NCBI GenBank assembly: GCA_016868785.1
Contig: VGFS01000002.1
Span: 26,380-90,379 of the forward strand
Source of the DNA: Bacteroidota bacterium
GTDB taxonomy: Bacteria > Bacteroidota > Bacteroidia > NS11-12g > UBA955
Reading direction: 5' to 3'
Length of the DNA: 64,000 nt
Position 1 is the first letter of the stretch. Every line of letters begins with the position of its first letter. This document shows positions 9,383 through 17,893 of the stretch, piece by piece. The notes beneath the pieces were generated by a model. It ran no database searches. It worked only from the letters and a program-made list of their open reading frames with translations, and was not told the origin of the DNA. A program made the translations under genes and the position numbers.

Positions 9383-9435
9383 GGGAATTTTTGTGTTTGG
9401 GCTGATGGTAAATTTGTCGCGATAAATTTATAATC

Positions 9436-10083
9436 ATGGCATTAAACAACATCCTCAGCGTTTTTTTACCCAAAGACAAGATCTTCTATAGCTTGTTTGA
9501 ACAGTCAGCGGCCAACATCACCGAGATGGGTGTTTTGTTGCACCAATTTGTTTTCGAAACGGATCCAAACAACCGTTTGTCTATCAGCAAGCAGATTGAA
9601 GATTACGAGCATAAAAATGACGAGTTGACCCACAAGATTTTTACAGAGTTGGGAAAAAACTTCATCACGCCGTTTGACCGTGAGGACATTCACTATCTGG
9701 CAACAGCCATGGATGATGTAGCGGATTACATTCATGCTTCTTGCAAGAAGATGCAATTCCACGGGGTTAACCCACATGAGCAAGGCATTCAAAGCTTGGC
9801 AGAAATCATCACGCAGAGTGCTGCAGAGGTGGGTAAAGCGGTGATGCAGTTGCGCGAATTGAAACGTCCAGAAAAAATCATGGAGAGTTTGGTAAGAATC
9901 AATAGTTTTGAGAATCATGCCGACAACGTATTTGATATGAGTATCAAGAATTTGTTTGAAGTAGAAAATGATTTTAAAGAGTTGATTCGCAAGAGAGAGG
10001 TTTACACCATCATGGAGGTTGCTACTGACAAGTGTGAGGATGTAGGCAACGTGATTGAAACCATCATTGTAAAATACGCCTAA
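9436..10083 (+). CDS. DUF47 family PhoU-like phosphate transport regulator
   Basis: PKDKIFY.LF, EHKND...H.I..EL...FITPFDREDIH.LA..MDD, E.ATDKCEDV. Upstream of PiT. Confidence 0.93.
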   Translation: MALNNILSVFLPKDKIFYSLFEQSAANITEMGVLLHQFVFETDPNNRLSISKQIEDYEHKNDELTHKIFTELGKNFITPFDREDIHYLATAMDDVADYIHASCKKMQFHGVNPHEQGIQSLAEIITQSAAEVGKAVMQLRELKRPEKIMESLVRINSFENHADNVFDMSIKNLFEVENDFKELIRKREVYTIMEVATDKCEDVGNVIETIIVKYA

Positions 10084-10102
10084 TACTTATCGACTAGCGA
10101 TT

Positions 10103-11767
10103 ATGTCTACGTTGGCAATTGTAATTATAGTGTTGGCATTGGTGTTTGATTATATCAATGGCTTTCACGATGCGGCAAACTCCATCGCTACGGTGGTGAG
10201 CACGAAGGTGCTTACGCCATTGCAGGCGGTTTTGTGGGCGGCATTGTTCAATTTTGTGGCCTTCTTTATCTTCAAGGATCATGCGGTAGCCAATACCATT
10301 TCTAAAACGGTTATTGACAACTACATTACATTACCGGTGATTTTGGCGGGATTGATTGCTGCAATTTTTTGGAATTTGTTGACCTGGTGGTATGGCATTC
10401 CGAGTTCTTCAAGTCACACGTTGATTGGTGGCTTTGCGGGAGCGGCATTGGCTCATGCGTTTTACACCAAGGGTTGGGTTCCATTTGGAGAGGTGGTAGA
10501 GTTCGACAAAATTTCCAAGACGGTTTACTTCATATTATTGGCGCCACTGATTGGAATGGCGATGTCAATTTTCATTACCCTGGTGACCATCAAGCGCAAC
10601 ATTTATGGTAAAATGGCCGTGATTTTGATTTCTGCCGCGGCTTTGGGACTGATGTTTAATTCTTTCCGACATTCAAAATTGGAAGAGAATTTGGCCAAGT
10701 TTTACAAAGTGGACAAGTACAAAAAGGAATTGGCCAAAAAACCGGAGGATGAAACGGTTAAAAAGAAGTTTGAAAAAGCCACGGCCAATTATGATGCAAG
10801 CAAGTCATTGCTGGCGGATTATGATGAAGGCGCTGATTACGTGGCCGCTGAGATTGGAAAAACCGTTTCTTTGGATTATTTGATTGAAGGCAAATTGAAG
10901 GATTTGGTGGCCAAAAAAATTAAGTTGGACGTGGCCAAAAAAGTGGCTTTCTACGATGAGTCTAAGAAGCCCATCGTTGAAGAGAAGGAAGCCATTTTGG
11001 ATGCTTGCAAACCCTTCTTTAAAAACTATGCGGCAGTGGGTGCTGACTCTACGGCACATGGTGTTGCTTTGGTGTTGGGTGTAACGGCCATTGGCGATTA
11101 CGACAAGTTTGTTAAGGGGTTCAAGGTCGATATCGAGAAAGACTTGGCAAAGGAATTGGATCGGGCAGACAACCGTTTCTTGTTGATGTGCATTTATGCG
11201 GTCATCTTCATCTTTATCCTGAGCTACATTTACTGTGAGGTGGTTAAAACGCCTACGGCTAATCGCATGGCCAACATGTTCAAAAAGTTGCAATTGTTGT
11301 CGAGCGCTGCCTTTAGTGTAGGCCACGGTGGTAACGACGCACAGAAGGTGATGGGTATCATTGGTGCGGCTTTGATTGCTGGCGGACAGATATCTGACTT
11401 CAAGGAATTGCCGAGTTGGGTGCCTTTGGCTTGTTATGCTGCGATTGGTTTGGGCACATTGAGTGGTGGTTGGAAAATCATCAAAACGATGGGAACCAAA
11501 ATCACCAAGGTTACGCCTTTGGAGGGAGTAGCGGCGGAAACTTCGGGTGCCATGACCTTGTTCATGACTGAGCAAATGGGTATTCCGGTGAGCACTACGC
11601 ACACCATTACAGGTGCCATCATTGGTGTGGGAGCTACAAAAAGACTGAGTGCAGTTCGTTGGGGCGTTACCCGCAACTTGTTGGTAGCTTGGGTAATTAC
11701 CATTCCTGTAAGCGCTTTGGTTGCTGGGTTGAGTTACTTGATTTTGGGCTGGTGCGGTGTTAATTAA
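10103..11767 (+). CDS. Inorganic phosphate transporter, PiT family, with large internal insertion
   Basis: NGFHDAANSIAT, PSSSSHTLIGG, HGGNDAQK.MG, GG..IIKTMG, PVSTTHTITG, VRW motifs. Extra ~215 aa in the middle. Confidence 0.93.
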   Translation: MSTLAIVIIVLALVFDYINGFHDAANSIATVVSTKVLTPLQAVLWAALFNFVAFFIFKDHAVANTISKTVIDNYITLPVILAGLIAAIFWNLLTWWYGIPSSSSHTLIGGFAGAALAHAFYTKGWVPFGEVVEFDKISKTVYFILLAPLIGMAMSIFITLVTIKRNIYGKMAVILISAAALGLMFNSFRHSKLEENLAKFYKVDKYKKELAKKPEDETVKKKFEKATANYDASKSLLADYDEGADYVAAEIGKTVSLDYLIEGKLKDLVAKKIKLDVAKKVAFYDESKKPIVEEKEAILDACKPFFKNYAAVGADSTAHGVALVLGVTAIGDYDKFVKGFKVDIEKDLAKELDRADNRFLLMCIYAVIFIFILSYIYCEVVKTPTANRMANMFKKLQLLSSAAFSVGHGGNDAQKVMGIIGAALIAGGQISDFKELPSWVPLACYAAIGLGTLSGGWKIIKTMGTKITKVTPLEGVAAETSGAMTLFMTEQMGIPVSTTHTITGAIIGVGATKRLSAVRWGVTRNLLVAWVITIPVSALVAGLSYLILGWCGVN

Positions 11768-11788
11768 TCAACTGATATCATTGTAAGT

Positions 11789-11820
11789 GGCCCCCGGCGA
11801 AGCCGGGGGCCTTTTTGTTT
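11789..11820 (+). terminator. Rho-independent terminator
   Basis: GGCCCCCGGC-GAA-GCCGGGGGCC-TTTTTGTTT. Confidence 0.88.
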
Positions 11821-11980
11821 ATGGTACTCGGCAGCAAAGGCAAACCACCGCTTCATGTTGGGTGCGGCATATTCTTTGGGCCCAAGATTTTCTCAAATCA
11901 TTCAGGGGATTCGTTAAAAGTAAATTGCACTTGTAAATTCATTTGTAATCGCCTTGTGTGAATCAGTACCTTTGAATGAA

Positions 11981-12574
11981 ATGTCGACCGACAAAGAAAT
12001 TCCGAAGCCTCAAATTCATCCTACTGCTGTGGTGGATGAGGGCGCTGTGATTGGTGCGGGCACCAAGATTTGGCATTTTTGTCATATATCTGGGAATGCC
12101 GTTTTGGGCGAAAATTGTCAGGTAGGGCAGAATGTCTTTATCGACAACGACGTGGTGGTGGGTAGTGGAGTAAAGATTCAAAACAACGTTTCATTGTACA
12201 AGGGCGTGATGGTGGGCGATCAGTGTTTTATTGGTCCGAGTGCCGTATTCACCAACGTGATCAATCCTCGTTCGGCGGTTGTCAGGAAAACCGAGTTTAA
12301 AGCCACTCTTTTGGAGCAGGGTGTGAGTATTGGCGCCAACGCCACCATTGTGTGTGGGGTAAAGTTGGGTGCATTTGCCTTTATTGGTGCGGGCGCGGTG
12401 GTTACGGAAGACGTGAAGCCCTATGCTTTGATGGTGGGTGTACCGGCCAAGCAGGTTGGTTGGATGAGTGAATATGGAGAAAAGTTGGCGTTTGATGCCC
12501 AGGGCCATGCGGTTTGTTTGGGATCTGGGGTTAAGTATGTATTGGAAAACGGTCAAGTGAAAGTAGTATCATAA
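11981..12574 (+). CDS. Hexapeptide-repeat sugar N-acetyltransferase (WbpD/WlbB-like)
   Basis: IHPTAVVDEGAVIG.GTKIWHFCHI, KIQNNVS.Y, GPSAVFTNV.NPRS, GANATIVCG, VGVPAKQ.GWM. ATG 11981 preferred over TTG 11954. Confidence 0.88.
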   Translation: MSTDKEIPKPQIHPTAVVDEGAVIGAGTKIWHFCHISGNAVLGENCQVGQNVFIDNDVVVGSGVKIQNNVSLYKGVMVGDQCFIGPSAVFTNVINPRSAVVRKTEFKATLLEQGVSIGANATIVCGVKLGAFAFIGAGAVVTEDVKPYALMVGVPAKQVGWMSEYGEKLAFDAQGHAVCLGSGVKYVLENGQVKVVS

Positions 12575-12576
12575 CC

Positions 12577-13611
12577 ATGGGAAAACGGAATATTTTGGTC
12601 ACAGGGGGATTGGGATTCATTGGGTCTCACACTGTATTGTGTTTGGATGCGGCGGGGTACAATCCCATCATCATCGATAATTTGCACAACTCACGCATCG
12701 AGGTTTTGGATGCTTTGACGTCGTTGTTGGGCTATCGTCCTACCTATGTTCAGGGCGATGTCAATGATACTGAACTATTGCAGGGGTTGTTTGATGCGCA
12801 TCGTCCGGAGGCGGTCATTCACTTCGCGGCGCACAAAGCGGTGGGTGAGAGCGTTGAAAACCCCTTGATGTATTATCATAACAACTTGGTTGGTTTGATT
12901 ACTTTGTTGGATACCATGAAATTGAAGGGCTGTAGCAAAATGGTGTTCAGCAGCAGTTGCACGGTGTATGGCGAACCTGAATCAGTGCCCGTAAAGGAGA
13001 GTACTCCTACACGTCCGGCGGCAAGTCCTTACGGGGCTACCAAGCAAATGGCCGAGGTCATCCTCAAAGACAATGCTTGGTGCGAGGTTCAGTGTCTTCG
13101 GTATTTTAATCCGGTGGGTGCGCATCCTACGGCAAAAATTGGTGAGTTGCCTTTGGGTGTTCCCAACAATTTGATTCCATACCTGACCCAAACGGTGGCC
13201 GGAATTCGGGAGCGATTGACGGTTTATGGGGGTGATTATCCTACGGCGGATGGCACGTGTATTCGCGATTATATCCATGTGATGGACTTGGCGGAAGCGC
13301 ATGTGGCGGCCATCGACCGGTTGTTTTCCACTTCCAAGCAGTTAGATGTGTTACCTGGAGATCCCTCTGCTGGGGTATTTGAGGTGTTCAACATTGGTAC
13401 GGGGGTTGGTTATTCTGTTCTGGAGGTGATTCAGGCCTTTGAGGCGGCCACGGGTAAAAAAGTGAATTACACGGTTGGCGATCGCAGGCCGGGTGATGTG
13501 GTGGCGGTTTGGGCCGATACCGACAAAGTAAACAATGTGTTGGGGTGGTCGGCAAAACGCGACCTTACCACAATGATGAAAGACGCATGGCATTGGCAGG
13601 AAAACTGCTAG
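12577..13611 (+). CDS. galE: UDP-glucose 4-epimerase
   Basis: [56 protein letters not shown]. Confidence 0.96.
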   Translation: MGKRNILVTGGLGFIGSHTVLCLDAAGYNPIIIDNLHNSRIEVLDALTSLLGYRPTYVQGDVNDTELLQGLFDAHRPEAVIHFAAHKAVGESVENPLMYYHNNLVGLITLLDTMKLKGCSKMVFSSSCTVYGEPESVPVKESTPTRPAASPYGATKQMAEVILKDNAWCEVQCLRYFNPVGAHPTAKIGELPLGVPNNLIPYLTQTVAGIRERLTVYGGDYPTADGTCIRDYIHVMDLAEAHVAAIDRLFSTSKQLDVLPGDPSAGVFEVFNIGTGVGYSVLEVIQAFEAATGKKVNYTVGDRRPGDVVAVWADTDKVNNVLGWSAKRDLTTMMKDAWHWQENC

Positions 13612-13769
13612 GACGCGCCAAAATGTCGATCTAGGTTTCTGTATTGTATTGCTTCGGCGATGTGGTTTTTCTGTATTTGCTGTTCTCCTTCGAGGTCGGC
13701 AATGGTGCGGGCAATTTTCAGTAGTTTGTGATAGGCGCGCGCACTGAGGTTTAGTTTTTCCATGGCCAA
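13608..13769 (-). pseudogene. comM: 3' remnant of comM/yifB (Mg-chelatase-like AAA+ ATPase)
   Basis: Hand translation of the minus strand: [53 protein letters not shown]. This is the characteristic ComM/YifB C-terminus (LSARA...KxARTIADL...H.AEA.QYR.LDR). The upstream frame loses similarity and stops. Not in the ORF track. Confidence 0.85.
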
Positions 13770-13990
13770 ATTACTTGCGGATAACTTCAGTACAACTGTA
13801 TACGAACAAGGCGATGATTATTTTTCAATAGCAGCAGAACCCAAAAATTAAGAACACCATGTACATTATCAATAAGGAAACTAATAGGATTGAAAAGATA
13901 GAAACGGCATGGCGCAAGCTTCAACAGATACTACAATCCCCTCTACACCCGCTAATGCGGCTGCATATCCCTTCACTACCATAAAAAAAT
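13770..13990. other. Compositionally foreign ~220-bp segment with gene fragments
   Basis: A/C-rich on +, opposite to the rest of the window. Contains ...[26 protein letters not shown] (to 13851) and MYIINKETNRIEKIETA... (from 13859). Confidence 0.5.
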
Positions 13991-13992
13991 TG

Positions 13993-14484
13993 TTATAAAA
14001 TGGGCTGTCCTTTTTCTATTTTGATTCCGATGTCTACCACGCCATTTAATTTTTCATCCCGCATGTTTTGAGAGAGGGTCCAGGTGTAGGTTCCTGGGGC
14101 CATTTTTGTTTGAATATACACGGGTTTTAGGTAGGTGATGAGGTTCGACATGCCTTCTCCTAGCCAGCGACCGGTTTGGTCGGCCAGTTCAATTTGCACT
14201 TGTTGTTTGGTGTTGGTATTGTTCCCTTGAATTTGGGAAATGAGCCAAATGTTGCTGTATGCGTAGGTTCCTTGAATACGCAAACTCAGGTACAGGTTGG
14301 TGTAGTGGGTTGAATCGTCGATGGTGAACGTAAATGTTTTTGAATCGCTCCATGACCAGGTTTTGTTGGGTATTTCTTGGAACTCTTCGGCCAGGGTATT
14401 TTTGGGCATGTCGCAGCTTGAGAACAAGGCGATGACGGTTGTGGTAAATGCCAGCAGGGTGTATTTAGGCAATGTGATTTTCAT
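13993..14484 (-). CDS. gldH: Gliding motility lipoprotein GldH
   Basis: Lipobox FSSC, W......F.F.I.D, LR....Y.YSNIWL, LAD..GRWLG.G, QNMRDE.L.GV.DIG..IEK. Confidence 0.9.
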   Translation of the reverse strand: MKITLPKYTLLAFTTTVIALFSSCDMPKNTLAEEFQEIPNKTWSWSDSKTFTFTIDDSTHYTNLYLSLRIQGTYAYSNIWLISQIQGNNTNTKQQVQIELADQTGRWLGEGMSNLITYLKPVYIQTKMAPGTYTWTLSQNMRDEKLNGVVDIGIKIEKGQPIL

Positions 14485-15571
14485 GAATGAATTGTTTTAG
14501 AAGCGTTTGAATCATGGTTTGGGTTTCAACGAGTGGGGTTACCGCTGATGAAACCACAAATATTGGGACATTGTTGGGCCAAAGGTATTGCAGTTTTACC
14601 CAATCTTTTCGGGTGGTGACCACGGCTAAATTGGGGTGAGTTTTTTGAATTTTTAGAAATTCTGCGGTGATTTTCATGACACTGTCTTGGTTGAATCGAT
14701 GGTGATCGGGCAGGGCATGATGTTTCACCACTTGGTCGTTTTTGAGGTTATTGAGCACTCTTTGAGGGTTGGCGATCCCTGTAACCAAAAAGATGGGTTC
14801 TGTGCTGAGTGTTTTGGAGGTATCGAAAGGCGAGGTGGGCGGGGTGGTTTGGGTAGACAGGAAACCGATGTGTTGTTCCCAGGCCACATTTTTTTGGGTT
14901 GTGGGGCTGAGGGACATCCATGTTTTCATGGAACGAAGCAAGGATTCCTTGGTGTGTTGTAATTCTGTCGGATTCAGGGTGTTGGGGCAGTTGGAAATCA
15001 GCACGGCGTTGGCATTTCTTGCAGCCCATGGAAATTCGCGAAGCCTGCCTGCGGGCATGGGCCAATCGCGGGTGAACAGTTTATGGTAATCACAAACGAG
15101 GATGCTCAACGTGGGGTTGAGGCGCAAATGCTGAAATCCATCATCGAGGAGCACCATCGACAGGCTTGGCGATTCGCGGTGCATGGTTTGGATACCGGTT
15201 ACTCGGTTTTCGCATACCGCCATGGTATTGGCTTGTGCCTGGATGGCTGTGGCAATTTCTAGGGGTTCATCGCCAATTTCATCGGCGGTGGATTGGTTTG
15301 TTAACCACCGGAATCCGGTTGTTTTGCGGTTGTATCCGCGAGACAGGATGCCAATGTTTTTTGGGGACTGTCCCAACAGCAAGAGTTGGCTATGGAGCCA
15401 CATCAGGGTGGGTGTTTTGCCAGATCCGCCAACGCTTAGGTTTCCAACGACGATGTTTGGTAGGGTTGCGGTTTGTCTAAGTCCTGCGAAATCATAGATC
15501 CACCGTTTGACTTGGGCAATGATGCCCCAAATCAATCCGAGTGGCGACAGTATGATTCCGAGTATTGACAT
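14465..15571 (-). CDS. lpxK: Tetraacyldisaccharide 4'-kinase
   Basis: VGNLSVGGSGKTP, LSRGY.R, GDEP, LDDGFQH, P.GRLRE, TGIANP, PDHH.F, TT.KD.VK. Confidence 0.93.
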   Translation of the reverse strand: MSILGIILSPLGLIWGIIAQVKRWIYDFAGLRQTATLPNIVVGNLSVGGSGKTPTLMWLHSQLLLLGQSPKNIGILSRGYNRKTTGFRWLTNQSTADEIGDEPLEIATAIQAQANTMAVCENRVTGIQTMHRESPSLSMVLLDDGFQHLRLNPTLSILVCDYHKLFTRDWPMPAGRLREFPWAARNANAVLISNCPNTLNPTELQHTKESLLRSMKTWMSLSPTTQKNVAWEQHIGFLSTQTTPPTSPFDTSKTLSTEPIFLVTGIANPQRVLNNLKNDQVVKHHALPDHHRFNQDSVMKITAEFLKIQKTHPNLAVVTTRKDWVKLQYLWPNNVPIFVVSSAVTPLVETQTMIQTLLKQFIHENHIA

Positions 15572-16992
15572 CAGATGAGGTCGAAGGTTTGTCCTTTTTC
15601 TGGCAGGTGAACGGTGGTATGATCAACGTCGTTTGCCAGGAGTTCCATTTGGGTGGCATCGCCGTGCACCAGAAACAATTGTTTGAGGGAACCTTCATTG
15701 GAGGCATGGAAATAGTTGAGCATTTGGGGATGGTCTGGGTGGGCACTAAACACATCGGTGCGCTTGATTTTTGCGTGCACTGGACGGGGTTTGCCGTTGA
15801 TTTCCACGAAATCTTGGCCCGAGAGCAATCGATGTCCGAGTGTACCTTCCGCACAAAAACCAGCGATCAAAATGGTGTTTTCGGGGTAACCCACATTGTT
15901 TCTCACGTGCATTTGAATTCTACCGCCTTCTACCATGCCGGCGGCGCTAATGATGACGCAGGGGGTGTTCATGACGCTGAGCATTTCGCTTTCTTTTTCG
16001 TCTTCGATGATTTGCAGCAGTGGGAAATCGAACAGGCTCCCGTGTTGTTGTTGAAACGCTTGGGCTTCTTCGTTCAGGAAGTCGATGTTGTGCTGATAAA
16101 CCTTGGTACTTCTGATGGCCAGGGGGCTATCGGTGAAGATGGGTATTTCGGGCAAACGACCGGCGCGGTACAATTGGTGAATGGTAAAAATGATGGCTTG
16201 GGTTCTGCCCACGCTGAAGGCGGGAATCACCAACTTTCCACCGCGGTTAACACAGGTATCAATGATTTCTTCCAGGAGTGAATCCTCGGCTTTTTGGGAG
16301 TCGGTGGCGTGTTTTCTGCCGCCGTAGGTACTTTCAGAGACCAGGTAGTTCAAGCCCGACATAGGTTTTGGATCTCGCACCAACTTAGAATTGGCGTTGC
16401 CCAAATCTCCGGTAAAGCCCACCACGGTTTTTTGTCCGTTGTGGTTCACGGTAAACCGCACACTGGCTGCGCCGAGAATGTGACCGGCCTCGTAGAGGCT
16501 GATGCTAAATTCTTCATTGAAGGCATATTCTACACCGTAGGGCAGACTCACCGATTGGTCTAGCATTTCGGTGATGTGTTTTTTGGTATACAGGGTTTGC
16601 ACTTGGGGCTGTTTGCCTTTTTTAAACCGTTTGCCAGAATTTTTCCAAATGGCTTTTTGTTTGGCTGCGAGTTCCATGCGCTGGATATTCAAGCTATCAT
16701 GGAGGAGGTAATCGCTGAGTTCCAAGGTAGGTTCTGTGCCGATGATGGTGCCCGAGAACCCTTGTCTTATCAAGTTGGGTACGTTGCCTGAGTGGTCGAT
16801 ATGTGCATGGGTAAGTATCAACAGATCAATGGATTTTGGGTCGAACGGAAACGAGGCATTTCTTTCTTCGAATTCTTTTCTTTTTTCATAATCCAATCCA
16901 CAATCAATCAAAACCCGTGTGCCACTCGGAAGTTCCAGTAAATGCATGCTGCCTGTGACTTGTCGAGCCGCTCCCCAAAAAGTAATTTTCAT
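15571..16992 (-). CDS. Metallo-beta-lactamase/beta-CASP family RNA-metabolising hydrolase
   Basis: GAA..VTGS.H, THAHIDHSG, AGHILG, GDLG, ESTYG, IPAFSVGRTQ, FSAH.D, LVHG. Confidence 0.92.
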   Translation of the reverse strand: MKITFWGAARQVTGSMHLLELPSGTRVLIDCGLDYEKRKEFEERNASFPFDPKSIDLLILTHAHIDHSGNVPNLIRQGFSGTIIGTEPTLELSDYLLHDSLNIQRMELAAKQKAIWKNSGKRFKKGKQPQVQTLYTKKHITEMLDQSVSLPYGVEYAFNEEFSISLYEAGHILGAASVRFTVNHNGQKTVVGFTGDLGNANSKLVRDPKPMSGLNYLVSESTYGGRKHATDSQKAEDSLLEEIIDTCVNRGGKLVIPAFSVGRTQAIIFTIHQLYRAGRLPEIPIFTDSPLAIRSTKVYQHNIDFLNEEAQAFQQQHGSLFDFPLLQIIEDEKESEMLSVMNTPCVIISAAGMVEGGRIQMHVRNNVGYPENTILIAGFCAEGTLGHRLLSGQDFVEINGKPRPVHAKIKRTDVFSAHPDHPQMLNYFHASNEGSLKQLFLVHGDATQMELLANDVDHTTVHLPEKGQTFDLI

Positions 16993-17169
16993 CTCACAAA
17001 ATTACGCTCAACCACGGGTTTTGATTGTGTTTGTTATCAACTGATTAATGATTTGTACAACGGTGTATTAATGTTCGTTAGCTGGGGAACGACACAGTTT
17101 CAAGATTACGATTGGTTTAACAACAGGGAGATGGGTTTGCGATTGATTTCGTAGACCTATCTTTGCTTT

Positions 17170-17874
17170 ATGACAGTGGGAAAATTGTATTTGGTACCGA
17201 CGCCAATTGGGAATTTGGGCGACATGACCTACCGGGCGGTGGAGGTGTTGAATACGGTGAGTAAGATTTTGGCGGAGGACACAAGAACCACGCGGGTTTT
17301 GTTGAATCATTATCAGATTCAGACGCGGTTGGAGAGTTTTCACCAGCACAACGAGCACGGGAAGTTGGCATCGGTAATTCAGGAGTTGGCATCGGGCGCT
17401 CAGATTGCGCAGGTGAGTGATGCGGGAACGCCGGGCATTTCTGATCCGGGGTTTTTGTTGGCGCGGGCTTGTGTGGATGCGGGCATTCCTTTTGAGGTTT
17501 TGCCGGGTGCTACGGCGTTTGTGCCGGCATTGGTGAAGAGTGGATTTGCCTTACACCAATTCCGATTCGAGGGGTTTTTGCCTCAGAAGAAGGGTCGACA
17601 GACCCGCATTTTGGCGTTGGCGGCGAATCCGGATACCACGGCATTTTACGAAAGTCCGCATAAAATTCTGAAGACGTTGGAGCAATTGAAGGAGGCGTGT
17701 GCACCCCAGCGCAGAATCAGTGTTTCGCGGGAGATATCGAAGAAGTTTGAGGAGACGGTGAATGGCAGCATCGCGGAGGTGTTGTTGCACTTTCAAAAAC
17801 ATACACCCAAGGGAGAATTTGTGGTAGTGTTAGAAGGGTGCAATGACAAAAGCACAGCGGGTTATGACAAATGA
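17170..17874 (+). CDS. rsmI: 16S rRNA (cytidine1402-2'-O)-methyltransferase
   Basis: LYLVPTPIGNLGD.T.RA, AEDTR, SDAGTPGISDPG, F.GFLP, YESPH, REISKKFEE. TATCTTTG at 17158. Confidence 0.96.
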   Translation: MTVGKLYLVPTPIGNLGDMTYRAVEVLNTVSKILAEDTRTTRVLLNHYQIQTRLESFHQHNEHGKLASVIQELASGAQIAQVSDAGTPGISDPGFLLARACVDAGIPFEVLPGATAFVPALVKSGFALHQFRFEGFLPQKKGRQTRILALAANPDTTAFYESPHKILKTLEQLKEACAPQRRISVSREISKKFEETVNGSIAEVLLHFQKHTPKGEFVVVLEGCNDKSTAGYDK

Positions 17875-17893
17875 AAAATCAAAGCAGGGAACA

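Noticed and set aside
11830-11880. AAAGGCAAACC resembling the start of a c-di-GMP-I riboswitch
   Set aside because: It lacks the GNRA-capped P2 stem and the downstream GGACGCAAAGC element. Only the short motif matches.
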